Below, piece after piece: positions 19,186 to 28,700 of a stretch of DNA of 64,000 bases (position 1 is its first letter; each line of letters starts with the position of its first letter). The stretch is taken from positions 453,663-517,662 of the forward strand of contig CP011210.1 in NCBI GenBank assembly GCA_001029675.1. Direction: 5' to 3'. Source of the DNA: Candidatus Beckwithbacteria bacterium GW2011_GWC1_49_16 (GTDB lineage: Bacteria > Patescibacteriota > Microgenomatia > UBA1400 > CG1-02-47-37). The notes beneath the pieces are model-generated. The model saw only the letters and a list, made by a program, of their open reading frames with translations, was not told the origin of the DNA and did no database searches. A program made the position numbers and the translations under genes.

Positions 19186-19833
19186 ATGTTGGGTCAAGAT
19201 GTGACTAATAATAACCAGATACAAACATTTATAAGTTCAAATCAATTATGGATTGGTATCGTTTTGGGTTGGCTGCTCACAAGAGTCATGGAGATGTTAC
19301 GTAAACCCTCTATAAGTTTTGGACCTGCTAACGATTCTGAATTCGTTAGAGGGAATAAAAAATTTAAGTTTATAAATGTCACAGTTAAAAACGCTAAGCA
19401 AAATTTTCTGAAGAAATTTTTCTTCGGTAATCCAAGCTTAAATAATGCAAGAGTTTGGGTATCTTTTAAAGACTTTACATCTAACATTGAAATATTAAAA
19501 ATAAATGGTAGATGGGCTTCGACTAAGGAACCTGTAGATTACAGCTCAGGACAACCATTAATTGCAGAGATTCTTCTTCCTTCCCGAGATACGATTCCAC
19601 AAGGAGAAGAAGCCAATATATCAATAGCTATAAAGGAGTCTACAGAAGATTCTTTTTTTGCCTTCAACAATGATAGTTACTTGTACAACTGGAAAAATCC
19701 AGATTTTGAGCTTAAAGATAATAAATATTGGTTAGAAATACGTCTTCTGGCTGATGGAAATGAATATATTGGAAAATTTTTGTTTTCCAATCCATCAAAA
19801 AGTCTTAAAAACTTTAAGATTCACGAATCATAA
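19186..19833 (+). CDS. hypothetical protein with an N-terminal TM helix and a beta-rich domain
   Basis: ORF starts 1 nt after the hsdMS stop; LWIGIVLGWLL TM segment. Confidence 0.7.
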   Translation: MLGQDVTNNNQIQTFISSNQLWIGIVLGWLLTRVMEMLRKPSISFGPANDSEFVRGNKKFKFINVTVKNAKQNFLKKFFFGNPSLNNARVWVSFKDFTSNIEILKINGRWASTKEPVDYSSGQPLIAEILLPSRDTIPQGEEANISIAIKESTEDSFFAFNNDSYLYNWKNPDFELKDNKYWLEIRLLADGNEYIGKFLFSNPSKSLKNFKIHES

Positions 19834-19936
19834 TAATTACGGCTTATACTCATCAACCACGCCGTAAAGCAATTTGAAGAGTAACCCCTTTTGAGCCTAG
19901 ACTTCCACGACCCTTCCCGGTACCTTGTACCCTGAA

Positions 19937-21280
19937 ATGAGTACAACATACAACCAAAATACGACGATAGAGCCACCAAAAATCGAATATTGCCTCTATG
20001 CACGAAAATCTTCGGAATCTGATGAACGTCAGGCAATGTCCATCGATTCTCAAATCGACGAAATGCTGACTCTGGCTAAGAGAGATAATCTCAAAATTAA
20101 GGAGGTTAAGAAAGAAAGTCATTCAGCCAAAATGTCTGGCTCCAGGCCAGTGTTTACTCAACTTCTTCAAGAACTACGCCAAAAGAAATTTAATGGGATT
20201 CTCACTTGGGCTCCTGACAGATTAAGTAGAAATGCTGGCGATTTGGGATCTGTAGTTGATCTTATGGATCAGGGAAAGCTAATAAAAATTCAAACCTACT
20301 CACAGAGCTTCTCGAATAGCCCAAACGAGAAATTCTTACTCATGATTCTCTGCTCTCAAGCAAAGCTTGAAAACGACAACAAAGGTCTAAATGTCCAACG
20401 AGGACTACGAACTAAGTGTGCGATGGGCTGGAGACCCAGCATAGCCCCCGCAGGATACCTTAATCAGGCTGGCGATGGTCATAAGGATGAACTCATCATT
20501 CTCGATCCCGAACGATCATCTTTCATTGCTCAAATGTTCGAAAGAGTTGGGCATCAAGGCCATAGTGGTCGAGCGATTAAGAATTGGCTTGATAGGATAG
20601 GATTCACAACCAGATTAGGAAACAAGATGCCACTAAGCAAAGTCTACTCAACACTTAATAACCCCTTTTACTATGGAGAATTTGAATTCCCAGTCGGCAG
20701 TGGAACTTGGTATCAAGGAAAACATAAACCCTTGGTTACAAAAGAATTATTCGACAAGGTTCAAGAAGTCCTCATGGTTCCACCCAAAAGTTATCACAAC
20801 AAGATATTTCCATTTAAGAGTATCTTTCGGTGTGGGGGTTGCGGAGGTGGAGTAACGGCTGAAGAAAAAATCAGAAAATTAAAACACGGCGGGTATGCCA
20901 AACATACCTATTATCACTGCGGCAGATCTCTCAATTATGAATGTGACGAGCCATATATTACAGAAGATGACTTAGTAAAACAGTTAATTGCTAATATCGA
21001 TAAAATCAAATTTAATCATACGGGGGTAACAAGAAAAATTCAGGAAGATATTGAACGGTACCACAGACTCAAAACTCAAGTACTTCATCAGGAATTTATA
21101 GATGGACACTTAGCTGAATTTAACAGAATTCCCCAGACTTCAGCTGATAAAAATGAAATGACCAAAAACTATCTATTACACATCTTGCAGATCGGAACAG
21201 CTGAGGAGCGACAGGAAGCTCTCTCATTCATTAAAACAAAATTTATTCTGTCAAAAAGAGCAATAACAATACAAAAATAG
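19937..21280 (+). CDS. large serine recombinase (integrase)
   Basis: YARKSS catalytic Ser, SIDSQ, SRPVF, DRLSRN; recombinase domain LNNPFYYG and HKPLVT.ELF; Zn ribbon CGGCG...YYHC. ATG at 19937 follows TAGACT-17-TACCTT. Confidence 0.95.
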   Translation: MSTTYNQNTTIEPPKIEYCLYARKSSESDERQAMSIDSQIDEMLTLAKRDNLKIKEVKKESHSAKMSGSRPVFTQLLQELRQKKFNGILTWAPDRLSRNAGDLGSVVDLMDQGKLIKIQTYSQSFSNSPNEKFLLMILCSQAKLENDNKGLNVQRGLRTKCAMGWRPSIAPAGYLNQAGDGHKDELIILDPERSSFIAQMFERVGHQGHSGRAIKNWLDRIGFTTRLGNKMPLSKVYSTLNNPFYYGEFEFPVGSGTWYQGKHKPLVTKELFDKVQEVLMVPPKSYHNKIFPFKSIFRCGGCGGGVTAEEKIRKLKHGGYAKHTYYHCGRSLNYECDEPYITEDDLVKQLIANIDKIKFNHTGVTRKIQEDIERYHRLKTQVLHQEFIDGHLAEFNRIPQTSADKNEMTKNYLLHILQIGTAEERQEALSFIKTKFILSKRAITIQK

Positions 21281-21412
21281 CCTCAACACCAAGACTGGTG
21301 TTCTTCTCGTGGCTTAAATGCAGGGGAAAAATAGAGGGAAATCTGTGTATTACAGGATCTAAAACGACATTTCGAACAATTCGATCAAAGATTAGCAAGC
21401 AACATCGGGCTT

Positions 21413-21441
21413 TTCAGCGCAGGCCAACGGGTCGCGCTGAA
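21413..21441. terminator. hairpin downstream of tRNA-Glu, possibly bidirectional terminator
   Basis: ttcagcgc ... gcgctgaa inverted repeat between the convergent recombinase and tRNA genes. Confidence 0.45.
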
Positions 21442-21455
21442 CCTTACGATATATG

Positions 21456-21527
21456 TGACCCCACAGGGAATCGAACCCTGGTTTTCAGGATGAAAACCTG
21501 ATGTCCTAACCGCTAGACGATGGGGCC
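21456..21527 (-). tRNA. tRNA-Glu(TTC)
   Basis: GGCCCCA/TGGGGTC acceptor, TCAGG-TTTTCAT-CCTGA anticodon arm, GGTTCGATTCC T arm. Confidence 0.95.
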
Positions 21528-21553
21528 CTTCGGCAAGCTCAGGGCTAAAGCCC

Positions 21554-21628
21554 TGGTGAGCCCGGAAGGGATCGAACCTTCGACGCACAGATTAAAAGTC
21601 TGTCGCTCTACCACTGAGCTACGGGCCC
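21554..21628 (-). tRNA. tRNA-Lys(TTT)
   Basis: GGGCCCGTAGCTCAGTGGTAGAGC...ACAGA-CTTTTAA-TCTGT...GGTTCGATCC...GGGCTCACCA, CCA encoded. Confidence 0.96.
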
Positions 21629-21666
21629 GCAAACTTCAAGTATTTTATCAAATAATTGATGCTACC

Positions 21667-21735
21667 AGCAAATGGGAAATTTTACTTTTAAAACCTATCG
21701 GAATTCAAGACGATCGTTGCGGGCTGGGAGAGGTT
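21667..21735. repeat. diverged direct-repeat copy of the rplS 3' end and downstream promoter (partner 23486-23554)
   Basis: 59/69 identity without gaps, aligned by hand. Confidence 0.9.
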
Positions 21736-21736
21736 A

Positions 21737-22054
21737 TTATGGTTTTCTTGGACCAAAAAGAACGAAGCTTGTGCCGTAGTTGGTTTTGTCATCTGGATCG
21801 CGAAGGCTAATCCAGCCGGCTTGGGCTTCCCGCCAAAATTCCGGATAACGCTCAATCCATTCTTGACGATCGAGTAGGGTGATTTTTTCTTCGTCAGGGG
21901 CGGTTAGCTCGGTAACGGTGCTTTTAAGTTGGGCAATGAAGCTTTTGGCAAAAGGAATGGCTAAAACGCCTGCCTCGCCTAACTTCCTTAATTGACCCAA
22001 AGTAAACTTTTTTGGATTGTCGAATATTTAGGTTGAGTCCTCTGGCTGTTTCAT
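21737..22054 (-). pseudogene. short hypothetical gene, possibly broken by an in-frame TAA near its start
   Basis: ATG at 22054 reads MKQPEDST*IFDNPKKFTLGQLRK..., in frame with the 87 aa ORF 21737-22000. Confidence 0.4.
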
Positions 22055-22078
22055 CCTTGTATGACAAACTAATTTCTT

Positions 22079-23413
22079 TCAATACACCTTCCATACTCTT
22101 TTAGAGCCCACAGAGATATCGAATTTCCCAACTGCCACTGGCTGGTCGAGCATAACTATATGTCTGACTTCAGGGTTATACCAATAGCTTTTGTTCAGAG
22201 TGCCGCTGTAAACAAAGTAAGCAATACCTAGCTGTTGGAACAGGCTTTCCGTCATGTAGCCCACCATGGCCGGGTTTTCTACCTCGTCAAAGTGAGCATG
22301 GGCGTGAATTAAGAAAGAGTTGTTTTTTTTACTAAAAACTGGAATACCTAATAAACCCTGTTGATAAGCATAGACAAAGTTATCCCCGGCCTTCTCGATG
22401 CCATAATATTCGTTGTCCAGGTAATTAACCCCGGTGCTAATAAAATTGTTTCTATCAGAATGCCAAATACTCACTTTTCTCATTTCCATCTCAAACATCT
22501 TAGACCTGTTTTCTGGAGTGTAGTAGGCGTACGGACCAATTACCCCAAGGACTCGTCTAAAGATGTAATCGGAGATGTTTGGGGCAAAGACGTCGATTTC
22601 TGCTGGTCCATCAGATTGAAGTATCTCGTCATAAATTTTATAACTTTCCGGCGCCACAAATACAGGATCCTCGTGCACTACTCCTTTGTTTTTTAATCGT
22701 TCTTGCTCGAGCACAGCGCCAGAGAGGTAATCGCCAAATTTCTTCCCTCTAATACTGTAAAATACATCCCGAAGTTGTTCGACCTTATCTAAAACATCTT
22801 GAGGAATCAGTTCGTATGACAAATATTTGAAAGGTTTGGTTTCTCTTCCTAGGTTATTTTTTAGGTATCTGCCGGCGATAAAAACAACCATATCTTCGGT
22901 TACCCCTGACCAACTAAGCATTGTGGCCAGGGTGGGAATTCCAAGCGAGTACCGATGGACCGTATCTCGTGATAAAGACGACTCGCCTTCTAGGTATGCC
23001 CTGTCTAAAAATTGGTCCATTTCTGTCTCAGTCATCCCTTTTAAGGTACGATGATGGATTTTAAATTTCTCCTGTCGAGCTAGTTTTTTTAAATTTTTAT
23101 CATAAACAGAGTCGTTTTGAAAACTTAGCGGCCTTCCTGTAAAGATAGCCCTTGTGTGATTTGAAAGTTCTTTAATTGCGTCTTGATTGTAATAGGTTAT
23201 ATCGTCCTCGGAGAAAAAGTAGACCTCAGACTGGTGGGTTATTTGTTGTAAGTGGTTGACTAGAGTAGTTTTGCCAATCCCTCTAAAGCCCTCAATAATC
23301 ACCAGTTGTTTGTTGTCTGTGGGGGAATTTTGGAAAATATCAAGCACGGCTACTGCCAATTCCTTTTGGCTAGTTGTCAGCTCGATCGGTGATTGATGAA
23401 GCAGGTCTTTCAT
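22079..23413 (-). CDS. P-loop NTPase, possibly STAND-like, with an unknown C-terminal domain
   Basis: GFRGIGKT Walker A, FFSED possible Walker B, GIP (GxP) motif, C-terminal HAHAH; AT-rich. Confidence 0.65.
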   Translation of the reverse strand: MKDLLHQSPIELTTSQKELAVAVLDIFQNSPTDNKQLVIIEGFRGIGKTTLVNHLQQITHQSEVYFFSEDDITYYNQDAIKELSNHTRAIFTGRPLSFQNDSVYDKNLKKLARQEKFKIHHRTLKGMTETEMDQFLDRAYLEGESSLSRDTVHRYSLGIPTLATMLSWSGVTEDMVVFIAGRYLKNNLGRETKPFKYLSYELIPQDVLDKVEQLRDVFYSIRGKKFGDYLSGAVLEQERLKNKGVVHEDPVFVAPESYKIYDEILQSDGPAEIDVFAPNISDYIFRRVLGVIGPYAYYTPENRSKMFEMEMRKVSIWHSDRNNFISTGVNYLDNEYYGIEKAGDNFVYAYQQGLLGIPVFSKKNNSFLIHAHAHFDEVENPAMVGYMTESLFQQLGIAYFVYSGTLNKSYWYNPEVRHIVMLDQPVAVGKFDISVGSKRVWKVY

Positions 23414-23523
23414 TAGACGTATTATAGGTCATTTAATAGGGAAAGCAATCCTTACAGGGATAAACCTTGAAGGTTATGAAGGTTAAGCAGATGGGAAATT
23501 ATAGTTTTAAAACCTATCAGAAT

Positions 23524-23964
23524 TTAAGACGATCGTTGAGAAACGGGAGAGGTTTTGGCGGCAGTTTTTGGTTTGGCTGCTTTGGGGGTAGCTTTGGCTT
23601 TGGGGGTAGGTTTAACGACGGCTTTGGTTTTAACGCGGGTGGCGTGGCGGCCGATGCGGGAGCGTAAGTAATTCAGCTTGGCGCGCTTGGGGTGGCCTTT
23701 TTTGACTACTTTGATCTTGGTGATGGATGGGGAAGCCAAGGGCCAGATTTTTTCCACACCGACAGCGTCGGCGGCGATTTTGCGGACGGTGAAGGTTTTA
23801 CCCATTCCCCTGCCCTTAATTCCCATGACTATGCCTTCGAAGGCCTGGGACTGGGTTTTGCCTGCCTCGCCTTTGGCCGGGTCGGCTTCGGTGAACTGGT
23901 GGGTGACTTTGATGGTGTCACCGACGCGAAAGCTGGTTTGATTGAATTTGGCGTAGAGTGCCAT
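23524..23964 (-). CDS. rplS: 50S ribosomal protein L19
   Basis: FRVGDTIKV, Q.FEGIV, TFTVRK, GVEK.WP..SP, RAKL.YLR; Lys/Ala/Pro-rich tail. Confidence 0.96.
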   Translation of the reverse strand: MALYAKFNQTSFRVGDTIKVTHQFTEADPAKGEAGKTQSQAFEGIVMGIKGRGMGKTFTVRKIAADAVGVEKIWPLASPSITKIKVVKKGHPKRAKLNYLRSRIGRHATRVKTKAVVKPTPKAKATPKAAKPKTAAKTSPVSQRSS

Positions 23965-23978
23965 ACCGAGGGATTATA

Positions 23979-25697
23979 CTATTTCACTCCCGAGGAGTCC
24001 ATGCGGCTTGCCTCGCCGGCAGGCGGGCCACCTCGGGAGTGGTAGGCAGAGGCGGCTTTCAAGTATTCGATAAAAATCGGGTGGGGAAATAAGGGGCGGG
24101 ACTTGTATTCGGGGTGGCCCTGGGTGCCTAAGAAAAAAGGGTGGACCTTACGGGGCAGTTCGATAATCTCGACCAAATCCTCTTTAAGCGCGCGGGCGGA
24201 AATGACCAGGCCGGCTTTTCTCAACCGATTTAAATAGTCGCGGTTGAATTCATAGCGGTGGCGGTGGCGTTCTTCGGTCAGGCCGCGCCTTTTATTGATA
24301 AAGCCGCGGTGGCGGTTGTAAATCTGCCAGGCTAAAGTTTTAGGACTGACTAGAGCCCGCCAACTGCCCAGCCTCATCGTGCCGCCGTAGGCACGGGCTT
24401 TAAGGTTTCTCAATTGGGCCGGAATGATGTGGATCACCGGGTGGGCCGTTTTTGGTTTGATTTCAGTCGAATGGGCGCCTTTGAGCTGGGCGACGTTTTG
24501 AGCAAACTCGACTACACTAAGCTGCATGCCGAAGCACAGGCCCAAGTAGGGAATTTTTTCTTCCCGGGCGTATCGAATTGCCTGGATCATGCCGGACACA
24601 CCCCTTGGCCCCCAACCGATGGGGACGATGATGCCGTCGACTCCGGCAAGCAACTTTTTGACGTTAAAACGATTTAATTTTTGCGAGTTGATTTCTCTGA
24701 TTTTCAAGTCGACCCGGGAATTGGCGGCGGCGTGCCTTAAGGCTTCGACCAAGGAACGGTAAGAGTCGGTCAGGTGGTAGTCACCGGTGGAAAAATATTT
24801 GCCGACGATGGCGATTTCGGCCGAGTGGATTTTTTTCTGGTTGGTTTTTTTGATAAAGTCGTGCCAATCTTTAAGTTGAGGCTTTTTGGGTTTTAAACCC
24901 AGTTTGGCTCTTAATCTTTGGGTGAGATTTTGAGAGTCGAAAATTAAGGGCAGCTCGTAGATGTTGGCAACATCCGGCGAGGAGATGATGTCTTCGGCTT
25001 CGAGGTTGCAAAACAGGGCAAAACGCTCGCGCCGACGCTTATCAATGATCCGGTCGGCCCGGGCGACAATAAAATCGGGCTGGATGCCCATGGAGTTTAA
25101 CTGCTTGACTGACAGCTGGGTGGGTTTGGTTTTGGGTTCCCCCAGGTGCGGCGGGGTGGGCAGGTATGACACGTGGACGTGGACGACGGTGTCGTGGTGT
25201 TTTAATTTCATTATCCGGGAGGCCTCGTAGTAGAGGATGTTTTGGTACTCACCGGCGGTGCCGCCAAGCTCGACCACCACCACGTCGGCTTGGTCTTTTT
25301 TGCCCACGGCTTTGATTTTTCTGATGATCTCGTCGGTGACGTGGGGAATGGCTTCGACGTCCTCGCCGCCGTAGTCAAAATTCCTTTCCCGGTCGATAAC
25401 GGTTTTGTAGATTTGGCCCAAGGTGATGAAGTTATCGATGGAGAGGTTGGTGTTTAAAAACATCTCGTAGGTGCCGATGTCCATGTCGGTTTCGGCGCCG
25501 TCGGCGCACAAAAACGGGTCGCCGTGCTCGATGGGGTTAATTAAGCCGGCGTCGAAGTTTAAATAGTTTTCGCACTTGACCGGGACAACTTTAAGGCCGG
25601 TGGACTTTAAAAGCAGGGAGATGGCGCCGGTAATCAAGCCTTTACCCAGTCCGGATAAAACTCCACCAGAAACGAAGATGTAGCGCGTTTGCGGCAT
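23979..25697 (-). CDS. pyrG: CTP synthase
   Basis: FVSGGVLSGLGKG, ELGGT.GE, KTKPTQ, GLCFGMQ, ERHRHRYE, HPEY.SRP. Confidence 0.97.
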   Translation of the reverse strand: MPQTRYIFVSGGVLSGLGKGLITGAISLLLKSTGLKVVPVKCENYLNFDAGLINPIEHGDPFLCADGAETDMDIGTYEMFLNTNLSIDNFITLGQIYKTVIDRERNFDYGGEDVEAIPHVTDEIIRKIKAVGKKDQADVVVVELGGTAGEYQNILYYEASRIMKLKHHDTVVHVHVSYLPTPPHLGEPKTKPTQLSVKQLNSMGIQPDFIVARADRIIDKRRRERFALFCNLEAEDIISSPDVANIYELPLIFDSQNLTQRLRAKLGLKPKKPQLKDWHDFIKKTNQKKIHSAEIAIVGKYFSTGDYHLTDSYRSLVEALRHAAANSRVDLKIREINSQKLNRFNVKKLLAGVDGIIVPIGWGPRGVSGMIQAIRYAREEKIPYLGLCFGMQLSVVEFAQNVAQLKGAHSTEIKPKTAHPVIHIIPAQLRNLKARAYGGTMRLGSWRALVSPKTLAWQIYNRHRGFINKRRGLTEERHRHRYEFNRDYLNRLRKAGLVISARALKEDLVEIIELPRKVHPFFLGTQGHPEYKSRPLFPHPIFIEYLKAASAYHSRGGPPAGEASRMDSSGVK

Positions 25698-25714
25698 AAA
25701 GTATTATACCCGAT

Positions 25715-28700
25715 TTAGTCAATCCTGCCTTTGAAGGGTTTGATCAGCTGAATGATTTTCTCTTCGGTTGTAGTAAAGTCGACGCCGTAGGGCAGGCGGA
25801 TTTTTTGGCTGTAGCCGTTTTGGCTCAAATTGATGGAAACGGGTTGATCGCCGGGGTGGGATTCAAGTAAATTTTTTAATTTGACCATGGTATTTTTGGG
25901 AGTGGAAGAATTAAGGTAGATTGTATGGTTTGGGCTCCTGGTGTCAGTGGTTTTTGGAGTTTGGGACTGGGGAGATTTGACGCTGTCAACCAGAATCGCC
26001 AGCTTGTCCTTAAAGTCAACTTTGCCGGTGATCAGTAAAGGCCTGTCGGGAGCTAAAAACTTGGCGGCGGCGGCGTAGACTTTAGGGAAAATGACCAACT
26101 CAATGGTGCCGGTTTCGTCTTCGAGTTCGGCAAAAGCCATCAACTGGTTTGATTTTTTGGTGCGGATGGTTTTTAAGTTTTTCAAAACTCCGCCCAAAAG
26201 TACCTGGCGGTTCAAGTGGACTTGGCGGTCGAGTTCGGAAACTTGGTGGGAGGCTTGTTTCCTGATTTTTTTCAAAGCGTCGGCCATGGGGTGCTCGGTT
26301 AAGTAAAAACCCAAGAGCTGGCGCTCAAAGTTAAGGAGGTCGGTTTTGCCAAGTTCGGCGACTTCAGGGAGGACGTCGGTAAAGTGGCTGCCGGGGTTGT
26401 CGCGGGCTGCGCCAAAGAGCGAAGTTTGGGGACTGGTAAGCTCTTTTTGGTATTGAGCCGCTTTTTGGCGGATGGCTTCCAGCCCGACCAGCATCGCCGA
26501 GCGTTTGCCGAAAGCGTCCAGTGCCCCCACTTGGATGAGGCTTTCGAGCACTTTCTTGTTGACTTTTTGCTGGTCGACGCGGCGGCAAAAGTCAGTCAAA
26601 GATTTAAAGGGGCTTTTATCCCTTTGAGCTAAGATAGCTTTGATGGCGGCGACGCCGACGTTTTTTATGGCAGATAAACCAAAGCGGATGGACTTTTGGT
26701 TTAAAGAATGTTTGTCTTTGATGATGGTGAAACCGACTTTGGACTGGTTAATATCCGGGGGCAAAACGGCAATGCCCATTTGCTTTGATTCTTCGACGGC
26801 GACGGGGATTTTGTCTTTGTTGCCGGACTCGGCGGTGAGCAGTGCGGCCATGAACTCAACCGGGTAGAGGGCTTTCATGTAGGCGGTCTGGTAAGCGATC
26901 ATGGCGTAAGCGGTGGCGTGGGCTTTGTTGAAACCGTAGCCGGCAAATTTGTCGATGTAGCCCCAGACGCGGTCGGCGATTTCCTTGGAATAACCTTTTT
27001 CCCGAGCCTGGCGGATAAATTTTTCTTTCTCTTTGACCATTAAAGCCCGTTTTTTCTTGCCGATGGCCCGGCGCAAAATATCGGCCTCGCCCAGGGAGTA
27101 GCCGGCCATGATGTTGGCAATTTGTAAAGCCTGCTCCTGGTAGACGGCGATGCCGTAGGTTTCTTCCAAAACTTCTTTTAAGTCGGGGTGGGGGTAGCGA
27201 ACGCGGGAGGGATTTAGTTTTCCGGCAATAAAGTCGTCGATTAGCTCCATCGGGCCGGGGCGGTAAAGAGCCACCATGGCGGTGATGTCGGAAAAGCGGG
27301 AAGGTTTTAATTTTCTGGCGACCCGGCGCATGCCGGCCGACTCTAATTGAAAAATGCCGATGGTGTTGCCCGTCGACAAAAGCTTAAACACCGCCGGTTC
27401 GTCTAAGGGGATTTCGGAGATGTCGACCTTATCCCCTGACTGCTCCTCGACAAACTCGATCGCCTTTTGGAGAATGGTCAGGTTTCTCAAGCCCAAAAAG
27501 TCGATTTTTAACAAACCAATGGCGTCGGGCGAGATGTTGCAGTCTAACGAGTACATGTCGTATTGGGTCATCACCCGTTCGTTTTTAGTCTCAAGCTGCA
27601 GCGGGGTGTACTCGGTCAAAGGTTTGTCACCGATGACCACGCCGGCGGCGTGGGTCGAAGCGTGCCTGGCGGTACCCTCGACTTTTTTAGCCAGATTAAG
27701 TAGCTCTTTAAAGTCGTCCTGTTTGTAGTATTCCTGGAGTTCGGTGGAGTTGACCAGTGCCTCTTCTAAAGAAAAGCCAAAGGGAATGAGTTTGGCGATG
27801 CGGTCGGGGTCGGAGTAGGGCATGCCCAAGACCCGGCCGATGTCTCTGATGGCGCCGCGGGCCTCCATGGTGCCGAAGGTAATGATCTGGGCCACCTTGT
27901 CTTTGCCGTACTTGTTGGCGACGTAGTCGATGACTAAGTCCCTGCGGTCGTCGGCAAAGTCAAGGTCGATGTCCGGAGGACTGGGGCGCTCGGGGTTTAA
28001 AAAGCGCTCAAAAGGAATGTTGTGTTCGATCGGGTTGATTGAGGTAATCCGCAAAGCGTAGGCGACCAATGAGCCGGCGACTGAACCCCGCCCGGGGCCG
28101 ACCCGGACGTGGTTTTTCTTGGCCCAGTTGACAAAGTCAGCGACGATCAGAAAGTAAGTGGCAAAGCCTTTGTCGTTGATAACGTCTAACTCGTAGTCGA
28201 GGCGCTTTTGGACGTCTTTTTTGATAGGAGTAAAGCGTTTTTTTAAACCCTCTTGGGCGAGTTTAGTTAAGTACTTTTCCGGTTTTTTGAAGCCTGAAGG
28301 CAAAGGGAAGGCGGGCAGGATCCATTTACCGGTGGGAATCTCCACATTACATTTGTCGGCGATTTTGAGGGTATTTTCCAAAGCATCGGGAGTCTCGGGG
28401 AAAAGATCCGCCATTTCCGAAGCCGATTTTAAATAGTAGTCAGGGGAGCCGATCATGGTCAGGCGGTTTTCATCGGAGAGAACAGTTTTGGTCTGGATGG
28501 CCAGAAGTGCGTCCTGGGCCTTGGCGTCTTCGGCATTGACGTAATGGACGTCGTTGGTGGCCACCACCGGGATGCCAAGCTGGCGCGACAGGTCAAGAAT
28601 TTTTTGGTTTAAACCTTTCAGCTCGGGAATACCCTGGTGGGATTGAAGTTCTAAATAAAAATCTTCGCCAAAGGCTTCGATAAACTTTTTGCACCAGGCT

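Larger units (their letters stand above)
2411..21455. mobile_element. AT-rich integrative defence island at the tRNA-Glu 3' end (large serine recombinase, terminase, CBASS, type I R-M)
   Basis: Abrupt AT enrichment, recombinase next to tRNA-Glu, tRNA-3'-like remnant at 2385-2410, phage and defence cargo. Boundaries are approximate. Confidence 0.8.

Noticed and set aside
9085-21280. Complete prophage
   Set aside because: No recognisable portal, capsid, tail, lysis or replication genes.
21968-21980. GCCTGCCTCGCCT, identical to part of the rplS insertion
   Set aside because: Only half of the palindrome is present, so chance cannot be excluded.
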